The notes: generated from the letters alone by a model not told the origin. A stretch of 62,638 nucleotides of DNA, filler included, from Pirum gemmata (GCA_002812295.1; 17 parts of 17 records of this genome joined end to end with filler, not necessarily neighbours in it); one strand, 5' to 3'; numbered from the whole stretch's first letter, positions 11,804-27,681 are shown. A program made the numbers and translations.

Positions 11804-13950
11804 TCTTTATTTTATTTATTTAATTATGCATTGCTTGTTTTTTTAAAAAAAAATAAAACTAAATTAATAAGCAATTTTTTAATAAAATTTAATGTGTACG
11901 AAGCAAAAAAATAAAATAAAATAAAATGAAATGAAATATAATAAAATAAAATGTAATAATTATATTATACAATAATATATAGTTATACACACTTATATAT
12001 ACAAATATATTATATATAAAAAATAAAATAAAATAAAGAAATGAAATAATTATACATAAAAGAATTTTTTTTTTTTATCAAATCAATTTTATTTTGACCA
12101 CACCCTTGATATTATATATAGACACTTTTTGCGACAAATGTGAATAAAAGTGCGAAAACTGGCATTTTTGTACTATAATATACATTATAATGTAATATTA
12201 TTATAATAATCATATAATGGCCCTGTAAGCCCTTCTCATTGGCTTACATGTAAATATCCTGATTTTCGATGCTCAGATCCCAATCTATCATAATATTATA
12301 ATCATATATCGATCTGAAATCATCATTTTAGCTAAAACTATGCTCCATATATATAAATAATTATATATATGATAATATTATGTAATATGTATTATAAGTT
12401 ATATATTATATAATTATATTATGTAGTGCCAGAATAATCCAGAATGCTGATTTGTATACTATATAATATAATACTTTTAGTTTATTCCATATATTATTAA
12501 TCAGTATATATACTATCTATAGTCTATAACAGTTTACAACATTCAAATTCGTACTATTTCTATTATATTATTATAATTATATATATTATATAAAAATACT
12601 TTTAGTTTATTCTATATTTTAGTCTACAACAGTTACTACTGCCTGCTAGTACTAATACTGTTACCTCACTATTAATATTACTATTCGATACTCTTACTAT
12701 TACTAAAGGCACTACCACCACCACCACCATCACTGATACAACTACCACCACCACTTCTACCACTTCTACCACCACCATCACCACAACTACTACTGCAAAT
12801 AAGCAGGATTTTTTTATTTTTCACAAAATAATTATATTAATTATGATATTCATTTATCAATAATATTATGATAGTAATACTTAGTAAGCTTTGTGATATA
12901 TTATATATGTGGCAATCTAACATTTATCAAAAAAAAAAAAAGGAATATAAACTCAATCGATTCCTCAACGAGGCCACGTAGGCGTAAATGACACGTTTGT
13001 GTACCCCCTATAAGCATTTTATTTTGTGTTAATTAATTAAACACAATTAAATATATTAATTAAATTTTAAAATATACATGGCTGTATATTTTAAAATAAT
13101 AATAATTAATAATAATAATAATAATAATCAACACAATTTCATATAATGTTATGTATATATGATAATTATATTATAGTTATGATAATATTATCATAATATG
13201 GTCATATCATATAAATAAAAAAAAAATGACAATAACAAAAATAAAAAAATAAAAAATTATTTACATAAATAAGGAGTTTTCTAAAGGGGATCCGGATTCC
13301 ACAGTATTTTTCAGAGCACCGATTTGTACAAATGTATAATATTCATAATTATAATACTATTATAATATACTTATAATATATATATATTTTTTTTTTAAAA
13401 AAAGTAGAAAATCGAATAACAACTAGCCAATAACAATGGTCATTCTGGTAACGACGAAACTTCGAAATCAGCAAATGGTCCAATAGTCTGGCTCAAATTT
13501 TAACATTTTTTGAAGCAAAAACAAGCTTTTTTAATTTTTTTAAAATAGTAAAATTGTCACTTTTTAGTGTTATAAATGATACAAAATAGCATATTGAAGT
13601 TTTGTTAAAATTTTTATTTGTAACAAGTTGTAGCTACCATAGACCATAGACTGTATCAGATAGGTCTAGCTACCATACCATAGCTAGAGAGTAGCTAGAG
13701 AGGCGTCTACCCTGGCTAGTAGCTACAGCTTTTTTACCAAAATCAACACCAATGGGTAATCGAATCAAACTTTCATTTTCCTTGATTTTTGTGGATCTAG
13801 CTAGAGTGATAAAAAAAAAAAATAAAAAAAAATTATCATACGGGGGGATTCATACCTACACAGTGTTATATAGTCAGTTGCAAAGACTCCGGGGGATTCA
13901 TACAGTATTCATACCCAGCTGTTCACACCTATACACAGTTATAGTCAGTT

Positions 13951-13998
13951 ACAAAGACTCCATGAAAAAACAAATTTTTCATAGCATGGAGTCTTTGT
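13951..13998. repeat. Hairpin with 14-bp perfect stem ACAAAGACTCCATG/CATGGAGTCTTTGT; related copy at ~17475-17524
   Basis: Direct reading; dispersed, so probably part of a small mobile element. Confidence 0.65.
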
Positions 13999-14864
13999 CA
14001 GTTATAAATCATATCATATATATATTATTTCGAAGGATTTTGAAGCACGAGCTGTCTAGCTAGCGAAACCAATCGAGATTCGAATTGACATTGACATTAC
14101 ATAATTATTATATATATCATAATAAATGTCACCTCTTCATATTTGTTTGGTGGGTTATAACCTTTAAATTGATATTTTTAAATGAATAAATAGATTATAA
14201 AATATAGAAACTTAAATTAAATGGATTTATATTGTATTGATTTGGTACTCTTTATTGTATGACAAAATTGCTGGAAAGTGTACTATAGTTATAGATGGTA
14301 ACCAGAAGAGATCACCAGAACATGATTACTCGACCGAGCCAGCTCGATGGGAACGAACACTCCATAATCCCCCCATAATCCATATCATATTATAATATTT
14401 ATGATACACTTATGATACTATGAGATTCTAAGATGTTTTAGAGAATTTTCATCTGAAATGCTAGGAAGTAGGAAATTTCAGTGAAATTTCATACTAGAGT
14501 CTAGATCTAGCCAGCTGGATGGTAGATCTACTGCCAGCTGTGGTCTGCTATACTGAGCTATACTATATAAGTACACTATAAGTACTATATATAGGTCTAT
14601 ACAGCCTACTGGCGTACAGCACTAATTTATGATAAGCAACAACAACAACAACAACAACANNNNNNNNNNNNNNNNNNNNNNNNNNNNNNNNNNNNNNNNN
14701 NNNTTAATTAATTAANNNNNNNNNNNNNNNNNNNNNNNNNNNNNNNNNNNNNNNNNNNNTTTTGGTGGTGGTGGTGGTGGTGGTGGAGTTGTTGTTGTAA
14801 TGATGGTGGGTAAGCGCTAGTGATGATGATGGTGATAGTTAATTAATGTTATTATGTATTATAG

Positions 14865-15305
14865 AGTGGTGTTAATCCTGTAGAGTTTGCGCAAGGAAGT
14901 CAATTCATGAATAATTTTCGAAAGTTTTTAGATCAAGTGGTCCAAACGAATAGCAATTACTGCCGAAACAAACAAGATCGATATGATTCTAACGATGATT
15001 TTGGTGGGGGGGAGGGGGGGAGTGGGGGTGGTTATAATAATAACTTGTATAATAACACATATAGCAACTATAATAATAGTAATAATAATAGGTATATGTA
15101 TAACAGTATGAACAGCAATGGTAATAACTATATGAATGATAATAATATGAGCAATAATAATATATATAATAATAGTAATAGTAATAGTAATAGTAATAGC
15201 AATAGTAATAGTAATAGTAATAGTTCATACAATTCCAATATGCCTAATAGACTTCCCAGTCGACTAAGACACAATCAGTACAATAAGGGCTCGCATAAAG
15301 ATTAA
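14865..15305 (+). CDS. Terminal exon of an unknown gene with a G/N-rich low-complexity tail
   Basis: TTATAG acceptor, then SGVNPVEFAQGSQFMNNFRKFLDQVVQTN... in frame to TAA at 15303-15305. Confidence 0.6.
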   Translation, partial: SGVNPVEFAQGSQFMNNFRKFLDQVVQTNSNYCRNKQDRYDSNDDFGGGEGGSGGGYNNNLYNNTYSNYNNSNNNRYMYNSMNSNGNNYMNDNNMSNNNIYNNSNSNSNSNSNSNSNSNSSYNSNMPNRLPSRLRHNQYNKGSHKD

Positions 15306-18063
15306 TAAACGATTTATTTTTTTATTGTCATGTATTGTTTGTTTAATTAATTAAATTTGTTTGTTATTGTTGTTTTTTGTTTCTTTGTTAATTTGTTTGT
15401 TATTGTTAATTGTTGTTTCTTTGTTTCTTTGTTTCTCTGCTTGTTTTATTGCAATTAATTATCTGCTAATGTTATTCTTTTGTTTGTTTTTTGTTGTATT
15501 TGTTAGTTGTATTTGTTTTGCTGTTTGTTGCTTATTATTAATATAGTTGTTTGTCATTAAAATTTGTCATTTTATTAAATTTTGTTGTTTTGTTGTTTAT
15601 TGTTTTGTTGTTTGTTGTTTTGTTGTTTGTTGTTTTGTTGTTTGTTGTTTGTTGTTTGTTGTTTGTTGTTTTGTTGTTTATTGTTGTTTCGTTTATTGTT
15701 GTTTCTTTGTTTCTTTGTTTCTTTGCTTCTTTGCTTGTTATTGCAATTAATTATCTGCTAATGTTATTCTTTTGTTTGTTTTTTGTTGTTATTGTTAGTT
15801 GTATTTGTTTGCTGTTTGTTGTTTATTATTAATATAGTTATTTGTTGTCATTAAAATTTGTCATTTTATTAAATTTTGTGGTGTTGTTGTTTGTTGTTTT
15901 GTTATTTGTTGTTTTGTTGTTTGTTGTTTGTTGTTTTGTTGTTTATTGTTGTTATTGTTATTTAATGTTGTTTGTTGTTGTTTTTGTTGTTGTTGTTGTT
16001 GTTGTTGTTTGTTGATTTAGTCACTTCCAACAGAAAAATTAATAATAACAGTTATCATAATATTACGATCATCTTGTTTTTAAATAGGAAAATGACCTCT
16101 ATTCAAAAATTAAATATTCTTTTAAATCTATAAATATGAGATTTATCTAGCTGTATTACCCGTATTTAGGTCCGTCTACCTTTTAGTTTATTTATTATTT
16201 TTTAAAAAAAATTTTTTTTTTTTTTTTTTGAGATTTATTCTCAATTTTTGAAGAGTTTCAACTTTCAAGTGGTCAACTATAATATTATTATCAAAACAGT
16301 TATAAAAAAAAATAACTGAAAAAAATAATATATTATTATTTTTTTTTTTAAAAAATTATGATATTATTATATTTTTAAAAAATATGTCTATATAAAGCTA
16401 TATAAAGCAAAACGTTTTTTTTTTATGTATCATATGATAAAAAAAAAAATATTCCCATATGCATGTCAAACAAAATTGCAAAAAGCTCAAAATCTTAAAA
16501 TCCTCCCATTTTAATGAAAGTGCATACTATCAAAATTTCAGAAATCATCTAGAAAACTCTATTATGAACCAATGGAAAGTTTTAAATAATAATTTGGCTA
16601 GTTAGCACTGAAGGTTTTTTTTACAAAAGAAGTCTAAAAAAAAAAAGATTTCAGTTTTATCCGAAAGTGGTGTTAGAAAAACACTTTTATAGTCTCATGT
16701 AGATTCTAAACTGATTCTATAATAATCTATATAAATCTATATATGACCCAGTTTCTCTTTCTAACTAAAGGACTAGCTAGTTCCCCCTTTAAGGCGAGGG
16801 GTGAAGTGGAAGGCTATTCGCCACTTCGCAGTTACCATAAATAGTACTTATATAGCTATAAATAATAGCTACTATTTTTAGAAGCTTCTATTAATAGTAG
16901 CTATTATACTATTTAAAGTAATTTTAATCACAAAAATTTCATTTTGGCGAACTTTTGGTGCCAGAGCCTTCAATTAGTAAAATGACGTCATCTCATCCCT
17001 CCTACTAGTTCCAATTTTAAGTTATCTAGTTGACTAATATAGTTAGAGTCTGGTACTATTACTACTACTCTAGACCTAGTAGAGGCTACTATCATAGACT
17101 CAAGTAGGACACAAGAGTGACACAAGTTAGAAACAAAATTGTCACAAATCGTTAGTAGAGTAGCTAGCTATAGTACCAAGCCTATACCAATAAGATCAGT
17201 AGATTGTCAATAACTTGTTCAAAAATACTCAAAAATACCAATCAAAAATACCCAAAAATTCCAAAAAAAATTAGTAAAAATACTGTAAAAATAGACTCAA
17301 AAACATTACTACATCCAAAAATGTACAAAAATGTAGTTTTTTTTAATTACTTTTTAATTGTATAAATAGATGTCTAATAATAAAAGAATTTTTGGTGCAT
17401 TTGGGGCTTTTGGGAGGTTTGTGTCATTTTGGGTTGTTTGGGCACTGTTTGGGCCGCAAATTGGGCGGGGTGCCAAAAGACTCCGTGAAAAAAAAATTCA
17501 TGGAGCTTCGCTTAGGAGTCTTTGCGGCTTTGCGGGGTAGACACTACAACTGTGCGGTGGACAAACAACACTTGGATTTTTTATTGCTTTTTTGTTTTTT
17601 GTTGTAAACAATGTGTAGTGTAGACTGTGTAGTAGACACAATAATACTCTTAGTATTACTCTATTTAATAGCTACTAGCTAGCTAGTACTAGCATTATGA
17701 TACTCTATAGACCCCCCCGGGGGGGTCTACTCTATCAAACCTACGCTGGTACTATCCTACTTTTCAGTTGTTTTGTCATCATAAAATATACAATAAAGAG
17801 TAACTAGCTAGCTAGAGTATGATATCATATTGATAGCACTTATGATAATAGATATTATACGAGCTAGCTAGTATGATAGACTTCTCATGATATCATTACT
17901 TGAGTACTACTTGCTGGTGGGCCGTCAGGTGGGGTCGCTGAGGTCGCTGATGGGTAGGGGACTAAGTATGGGGATGAGCCTGGTCGAGTATTGATATCAT
18001 AGCTTTTTTTATCACATGATATCGATAATTTGCTTTATATTTTGTTTTAGAGAATTTTTTTTT

Positions 18064-18300
18064 TACCAAATTGGATAAAAATGGCGGCATCTGGCATATA
18101 TATGAGCTCAAAAAATCCAAAAAATATCAAAAGTATCCAATTTAAATAAAAGTACTACCAAATTTTGAGAAATTATCTAACTAAAAAACTCTATTATGAA
18201 CCAATAGCTAGTTTTTAAAAATAATTTGCCTAGTTTTAATAAAATATTTTTAGAAAGAAGTCAAAAAAATAATTTCTGAACTTTTATCCAGCTTGGCTGT
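18064..18300 (+). mobile_element. Dispersed repeat family C (~235 bp, imperfect TIRs)
   Basis: Ends ACCAAATTGGATAAAA / TTTTATCCAGCTTGG; conserved core AAAAGTACTACCAAATTTTGAGAAATT..ACTCTATTATGAACCAAT..ATAATTTGGCTAGT. Copies at ~5027-5190, 16480-16680 and 58778-59012. Confidence 0.72.
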
Positions 18301-19299
18301 TAAAAAAAAAAAGTGGGGGGTAACCGTAACCNNNNNNNNNNNNNNNNNNNNNNNNNNNNNNNNNNNNNNNNNNNNTTAATTAATTAANNNNNNNNNNNNN
18401 NNNNNNNNNNNNNNNNNNNNNNNNNNNNNNNTAACAATAATAATAATAATAACAATAACAATAACAGTAACAATAACAATAACAATAACAATAACAGTTA
18501 ATTAAGGAAAAGAGGTAGACAAAAAAAAAAGGCAGGTTCATACCCCGATATATATTTTTTATAAATTAATAAAGTAAAACAATTAATGAAACAAAACCAA
18601 ATAAAAGAAAACTAAGGCAAAAAACCAAATAAAAGTAATATAGTACATCCAAATTAATCATATAGATTATAAAAAAAGTAATTATTATTATTATAGTGTT
18701 ATATTATATTACTGTATCATTATTACTAATAAAGAAAAAGCTTTAGAAAACAATCATTTTTTAAAAATTATACTACTTATAAAATATCAATAATAACTAA
18801 TTGAATTGATGTTTACTTATTTGGTATATTACTTGCTTAATTTAATTTACAGTATAGGTTACACACTTGACATAAATATTGACTTTAGACTTATTATAAT
18901 TTTACTGTTTGGATTATTTAACCAAAACTACAACCTTAATTAATTAAATTATAATTTTACACATGCTTATAATATACGAATTTAACACTTTCTAAACATA
19001 TTTATACTATTTACATTCTACGTCTGTAATTTATATAATATTAAACAATACTGTCATTATTATTATTATATAATAATATAATATTATAATAATGATAAAT
19101 AAACATTACCATTTTAAAAAAATTAAAATAATAATTTCCCTCTAGTCAACATAATTAGCTGTAACGATGTGCAAAAGATGTATTTAAAACGGTAACAATA
19201 AGAAATAGTCAAAAAAATAAAAAATAAAAAATAAAAAATTCAATAACAAATAAATTCAATAACAAAAAATAAACAAAATAAAAACAAATATTATTAACA

Positions 19300-20334
19300 A
19301 TGACGTCTAATTTTAAACTTGTTTCATTTAAATTATTATCCCTCCTAGTTATCATAATATTATTGATTATAATTGGTACATTTAATACACAAATAATACA
19401 AAGAGCTCGAATGATTCTAAACAAACAAACAGAAAATTTCGAAACAGTTAACGAAACAGTACTAGTTCATGACGTCGACAAAATGAACAAAAATGTAATA
19501 GCAACAGCAGTTAACGAAACAGTACTAGTTCATGACGTCGACAAAATGAACAAAAATGTAATAGCAACAGCAGCCATAAATACTCTAGTAGACCCCCAAT
19601 TCGGAGTCTTGTGGGATGATGACAAGACCTACAACGCCATAAAACAGTACCTAACTAACACCATAACGTATAACGTAAACAACTTGCATTTAGTAATATT
19701 CATTAGTTCTTCTGGAGTAGCAAGTAAGCTAGGAAACTCTGATGAAATAAAACATATAACTACATCAGGCAATATCAAGAATGTTACTATCGAAGTCATT
19801 AATGTGGCAACTAATATTACAACAGATGAACAGTTAATTGGACGAGTGCCTAACGACTTGAAGTTCTTGCTATCCTACCAGTACTTTAAAGCCAATGTTG
19901 ATGAAATTAACCATGCATTTATTATAGATTTAGATGTAAACATCCATAGAAACCCATTCGAATATGTGATGAACGTTGATAAAGCTACTAAAAAATACAA
20001 TTTGTATACCCAAACCGAAACTTTAAATGCGGGTGCTTTCAATTGGTTATCCGGATTTTACAATAAGTGTAATATAGATCAACCGATGCCTGTAAATAGT
20101 GATTATTTTTATAATTGTGGAATAATGGGTGGTAATTTAAAACATTTATTTCTGGGATTTTTAAAACAATTTTCTACCATTATGATTAATGCCCCAAAGG
20201 GGGCCATGTGTGATATGTCAATCCTCAATTATTTAGCTCATTATAAGTATAATGACTTGGCCATTACTGGATATCCTTTACACAGTGTTTTTAAAAAATA
20301 TCAACGCAATGATGCTTTTTTCTGGCATAAATGA
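19300..20334 (+). CDS. Intronless type II membrane GT-A-fold glycosyltransferase-like protein (344 aa)
   Basis: N-terminal signal-anchor; stem with a perfect 63-bp (21-aa) duplication; motifs DPQ, NDLKF, IIDLDV (DxD), RNPF, NCGIMGG, CDMSILNY, GYPLHSVF and a C-terminal HK. Confidence 0.75.
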   Translation: MTSNFKLVSFKLLSLLVIIILLIIIGTFNTQIIQRARMILNKQTENFETVNETVLVHDVDKMNKNVIATAVNETVLVHDVDKMNKNVIATAAINTLVDPQFGVLWDDDKTYNAIKQYLTNTITYNVNNLHLVIFISSSGVASKLGNSDEIKHITTSGNIKNVTIEVINVATNITTDEQLIGRVPNDLKFLLSYQYFKANVDEINHAFIIDLDVNIHRNPFEYVMNVDKATKKYNLYTQTETLNAGAFNWLSGFYNKCNIDQPMPVNSDYFYNCGIMGGNLKHLFLGFLKQFSTIMINAPKGAMCDMSILNYLAHYKYNDLAITGYPLHSVFKKYQRNDAFFWHK

Positions 20335-21019
20335 ATAAAAAAGATGTCAATACTACAATTATGTTACTAAAATATTATCATTTTAATTAATTAATAAAAA
20401 ATAAAAGTCAGATAACCTTTTATCATAAAGTTTTGAAAACGGTTTTAAGTATTGCAAAAGCTAGTCAAGATCTCCGTTGGAACACAGATGGCATGTAGGC
20501 AATAAAAATTGGCTATTATTATTATTGTTAACGTTGTTGTTGCTGTTATGTTACGTTGTTATTTTAACTACATAATATGTATTACATTGGCATGTAGGCA
20601 ATAAAAATTGGCTATTATTATTATTGTTAACGTTGTTGTTGCTGTTATGTTACGTTGTTATTTTAACTACATAATATATATTTCTGTACAACATTCACAT
20701 AAGATTTTGTATAACCACTACATTTTCTTTAAGATTTTGTTGTATCAGTACCATTCACTTAAGATTTTGGATAATCAGTACAACATCGATCTCTTTAAAA
20801 TTTTTGCAATCTAATTCATTAATTATATATGTTTTACAGGCATGTGTATTGATGTGTAGGATTTTTAAGCAGTAATTATAAGCTTAAATTAATTAAGGGT
20901 TAATTAACGTTTTGGCATACAGCGCAATAATATATAGTTCTCTTATCACACCCCTTTTTGTCGATGTCCACAGCCATTTGATCTCAAAAGAAAAGTATTT
21001 GGTAGTTTCGTTCATGATA

Positions 21020-21390
21020 CCTATAGCTATTAATGTTGTTGGTGATTGTCTATTGTTTTTATCATAAGGACTGCCTTCTTTCATATTGCGACTGCTGCCA
21101 TTGTTGTGATAGGCATGTATACGTAGTAGTTCGATTATTGGGGTGTTAAGTGTTGTTGTTCGGTTTAGATATTTAAATTTGTGTATTATACTAACTAGTT
21201 CTATTGATCTGTCTTCAATCGTTGGTAGAGTTGTTAGATTTTGTAATGCTGTGATTTTGATGTGGTCTACTTGGCGTGTATTGTGTGATTAGTCGTGTTG
21301 CTTTGTTTTGTATTATTTCAATTTGTTTCCTTTCATTTGGTGTCATCATAAGGATGGCCATTGCTGAATAATTGGTTATTGAGCGCATTA
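21020..21390 (-). mobile_element. 5'-truncated, decayed LINE fragment (same family as 61100-62300)
   Basis: Minus strand reads MRSITNYSAMAILMMTPNERKQIEIIQNKATRLI, versus IRSITDYSAIAITMMTPKDKEKREIIQNKAMRLI at ~61972; both share the downstream TCCTTATGATAAAA..CACCAACAACA. Confidence 0.8.
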
Positions 21391-21484
21391 GCTATTTATA
21401 TAATTATAATATTATGTTCGTGGTAGTGCTATCGGATTAGTACCCCAGTTTGTACCTTTCAGTCTAAATAGCCGGTGCAAGTAA

Positions 21485-21685
21485 CCTAAAGACGACAAAG
21501 ATTTTTGCCATTTTCAAAAGAATATAGAACTTATACAACTAAGCACCAACGACCTTAATGAAAATTCTAACACCGGAGAAGTCCGGAAAAGTGTTTATAA
21601 ATGTGGGCAAGTACTGAAGCTCTCAGTAAGTAAGCTCTCTCTCTCTCTCTGGTACAAATTATTTTGACTTTTTGTCGTCTTTAGG
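21485..21685. mobile_element. Putative MITE with 15-bp TIR CCTAAAGACGACAAA
   Basis: Perfect 15-bp inverted termini ~200 bp apart; single copy in window, no clear TSD. Confidence 0.5.
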
Positions 21686-22160
21686 ACCGGGAAGTTTAGG
21701 TTGCTAGCTAGCTAGGATAATCTAGCTAGCTAGGCATAGAATGATAGAAACAAAAAATATATTTTTTTTTTCTTTTTTTTTTTTTTACGAAAGCAATGTC
21801 GCCCATGTGAAATGGTATTAGTCTAGATGAAACGGAGTCGCTGTTGTTGTTCTCATGCAGTTTCCCCTCTGATTTCAAAGATATAAGGTTATTATTTTTA
21901 TTCTTATTCTTATTCTTATTCTTATTCTTATTCTTATTCTTATTCTTACTATTAATATTATTATTATTATTATTATNNNNNNNNNNNNNNNNNNNNNNNN
22001 NNNNNNNNNNNNNNNNNNNNTTAATTAATTAANNNNNNNNNNNNNNNNNNNNNNNNNNNNNNNNNNNNNNNNNNNNAACCCCTAACCCCTTAAACCCTTA
22101 AACCCTAAACCTTAACCCCCAACCCTTAACCCCTAAACCTTAACCCTTAACCCTTGATAG

Positions 22161-23122
22161 CTATGAAAAACAGCTAGAAGAAGTAAGACAAAAATTGATA
22201 AAAGCAGTACCTCAATCTCACAAAGAATTTCTTAAAAATTTAAACTGGGTTGTGGAGATAGACCAGAACTTGGAAGATAATGAACCCCTGCATAACAAAA
22301 CCCTGCACAACGAAACCCTGCACAAAGAAACCCTGCACAAAGAAACCCTGCACAAAGAAACCATACACAAGGAAAGTCTGCATAACGAAACCCTGCATAA
22401 AGAAATCCTGCGTGAAAGTTCCCGGAAGATTATTTGTGTACATTCCGGGCTTCATCCGGAACGAGAAATAAAAAAACAAGTGCAGGCTTTAAGAAAAAAA
22501 TTGTTTTTGGATCCCGAGTTAGTCCAAGACTCGAAAGACATTTCGAATATTGTACCGTTTAATGCCCGTGCTTTAGTTCATGGGGTACATCCAGAATTCG
22601 ATAATAGCAACAATGTTATTGTGTCAGGTTTATTATTATTATTATTATTGTGTATTAATTTTGGTTTTATTTTAATTTTAATTTTATTGTGGTGGTGGTG
22701 GTGGTGGTGGTGGTTATTAATATTTTTATTTTTATTTTCATTATTTATTATTTATTATGTTATGGTTTTAGTTAAGGTTAAGGTTATGGTTATGGCTATG
22801 GTTATGGTTATGGTTATGGTTATGGTTATGGTTATGGTTATGGTTATGGTTATGGTTATGGTTATGGTTATGGTTATGGTTATGATTATGAGTTTGCTTA
22901 TTAATTTTTAAATGTTTGCGTTACTGTTTTTATTTAGGACATCATAGTTTTGTTAATGTGGGTAAGAATAGAATCATAATGGATTCGGGAGGAGGTTGGC
23001 CAGGAAAAACAATACAAGCTATTGTTTTGCATAATAAAGTAGACACCAACAAAACAACAACTACTACATCTCGGTTTAATAATGGTGATGAAAACAGTGA
23101 TAACATTTATACAATAATTTGA
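22161..23122 (+). CDS. RLPH: RLPH-type (Rhizobiales-like) PPP-family phosphatase, last two exons
   Basis: Exons 22161-22627 and 22938-23122 give LIKAVPQSHKEFLKNLNWVVE...IICVHSGL...VIVSG|HHSFVNVGKNRIIMDSGGGWPGKTIQAIVL, collinear with plant RLPH (L.KAVPE.HK.FL.N.VWVHE...IAVHAGL...VVSGHHG..HI.G.R.IIDEGGG.P..P.AAIVLP). Confidence 0.85.
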
Positions 23123-23349
23123 AGTAGAATATGATAAATTAAATAACCTACGATATATCGATTACTACTATAAAAACTAAACACTAACACAACAACTACT
23201 ACTATTGTTATTGTTATTGTTATTGTTATTGTTAATTATGATATTGTTAATTATTATTGTTATTGTTATTGTTATTGTTATTGTTACTGTTATGCGTATA
23301 TATAATAGTATAATAAACTAAATAAACTACGATATCGATTACTACTCCT

Positions 23350-25640
<2,291 letters not shown>

Positions 25641-25785
25641 TATGACAAACAAACCTATATATATNNNNNNNNNNNNNNNNNNNNNNNNNNNNNNNNNNNN
25701 NNNNNNNNTTAATTAATTAANNNNNNNNNNNNNNNNNNNNNNNNNNNNNNNNNNNNNNNNNNNNAAAAAAAAAAAAAAAAAATAC

Positions 25786-25820
<35 letters not shown>

Positions 25821-26105
25821 TATAATACGCTAAAATCATGTATAAATAATAATTATGTAAAGGAATTATTATTTTTTTGTTTTTGTTTTTGCAAAAATAA
25901 AAAAAATAAAAAAATAAAGGAAGATCAAAAATTGTAATAAAATTTAATCATAGAAGTTCGTAAATATTAACAATAAATACAAACGACGCATATAATAATA
26001 ATAATAATATAATCATAAATTTTAATTATTAATTATCCATAATTCTTATTAAATAGTTATATTAATATTATTAATATTATTTCATTTATTATAATTATTA
26101 ACAAC

Positions 26106-27177
26106 ATGATGGTAGTTAATCCACAACTTAACGTCCATTCTGCGTTTTCAATTGAAAACATTATAGAACCAAATAGTAAATATAGAGGAAGAAGAAATGA
26201 TTCTTACAATTACAACAAAAATTATCACAATAGTAATGTTAATGATCGTTATTATCCACAATATCATCAACAGCAAGAACAACAACGTTATCAAACCCAA
26301 TATCAATATCATAACAACAATCAACATCCAAATGAACATCCTCAACGTAATTATGAATTATGTTATGGTAATGAGAGTAGGTATTCTCAAAACTGTAATC
26401 CATACCATTCGCCAAGTTTCCACGAAAAAAAAGAAAATGATCATCAACACCAACAACAACAACGATCTATATCACCACCACCACCTTCACAACCACAACC
26501 ACAACCACAACCACAACCACAGCCACAACCACAACCACAACAGCAGCGACACGCAATTAATAATAAAAGGGAACCTTCAACGCCACCTTCCGGTTTTCAA
26601 AAAAAATACAGTATTGAGCAGTATAATAAATGTGATAGTACGATCACATATAGTTATAACAAAAACAATAATAATAATATTAATAACGATGATAATTTGA
26701 ATAATAATAATGTAGTAAAGTCAAATTCTGATTATAGTATTGATGTTTTAAAAAGCCAATCTAGAGAAGATTCCCATTTTTATCGTCGCACTTCCCTAGA
26801 CAATCGTATTAAATATTACGAAACCAATAAAAATTATGAAAATAACTATAATAACAATAGTAACAATAATAATAATGATGATGATAGTTATAGACATAAT
26901 AATACTAATAGTACCAATAATAAAAGTTATAGTTATAACGATTTAAGTGAAATCTGTGAATCAAGTACTAGTAAAGAGTATAATCCTGATAATAATCAAA
27001 GGTACTATTACAACAACAACAGCAGTAACAACAGCAACAACAACAACGATAATGAATATTCTAGTTCAATATCTTCTTATTATTACACCGAAGAGCATTG
27101 TAAAAGCTACCCAGGATCCCCTTATATTAATATTAATAATAATAATAATAATAATAATAGAAAAATTAATAATAATA

Positions 27178-27224
<47 letters not shown>

Positions 27225-27643
27225 AATGATAATAATAATAATAATAATAGTAATAATAATAATAATAATTGTAATAATAATAATAATAATAATAACTACA
27301 ATACCGATATCGATGATAATGATAATGATTGGTACGCTTACCAAGCGAGCCAACGAAGAGATGCTTACTATTACAACCATGATGAATATTATAATGAACG
27401 TTCTCATCAGCATAAACTTCCACACCGACATTCGCAACCACAAGTATATCCTTATAAAAAATATTCCCAAACCCAACACACACATCCACCACCACAACAC
27501 CTATCTCCACCACCACCACCACCACCACAACAACAACAACAACAATTACCACCACAACAACATCCCCAACATCCCCAACAACCACCACAACCACCACAAC
27601 CCCCGCAACCACCACAACCACAACTACAACCACAATCACAACT

Positions 27644-27681
<38 letters not shown>

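Noticed and set aside
12960..12995. CTCAACGAGGCCACGTAGGCGTAAA resembling a hammerhead ribozyme core
   Set aside because: The CUGANGA and GAAA boxes are both broken, and stems I/III are not evident.
14865..14950. SGVNPVEFAQ...FRKFLDQVV as a PIP-kinase C-terminus
   Set aside because: Spacing does not fit and the match is too short to name.
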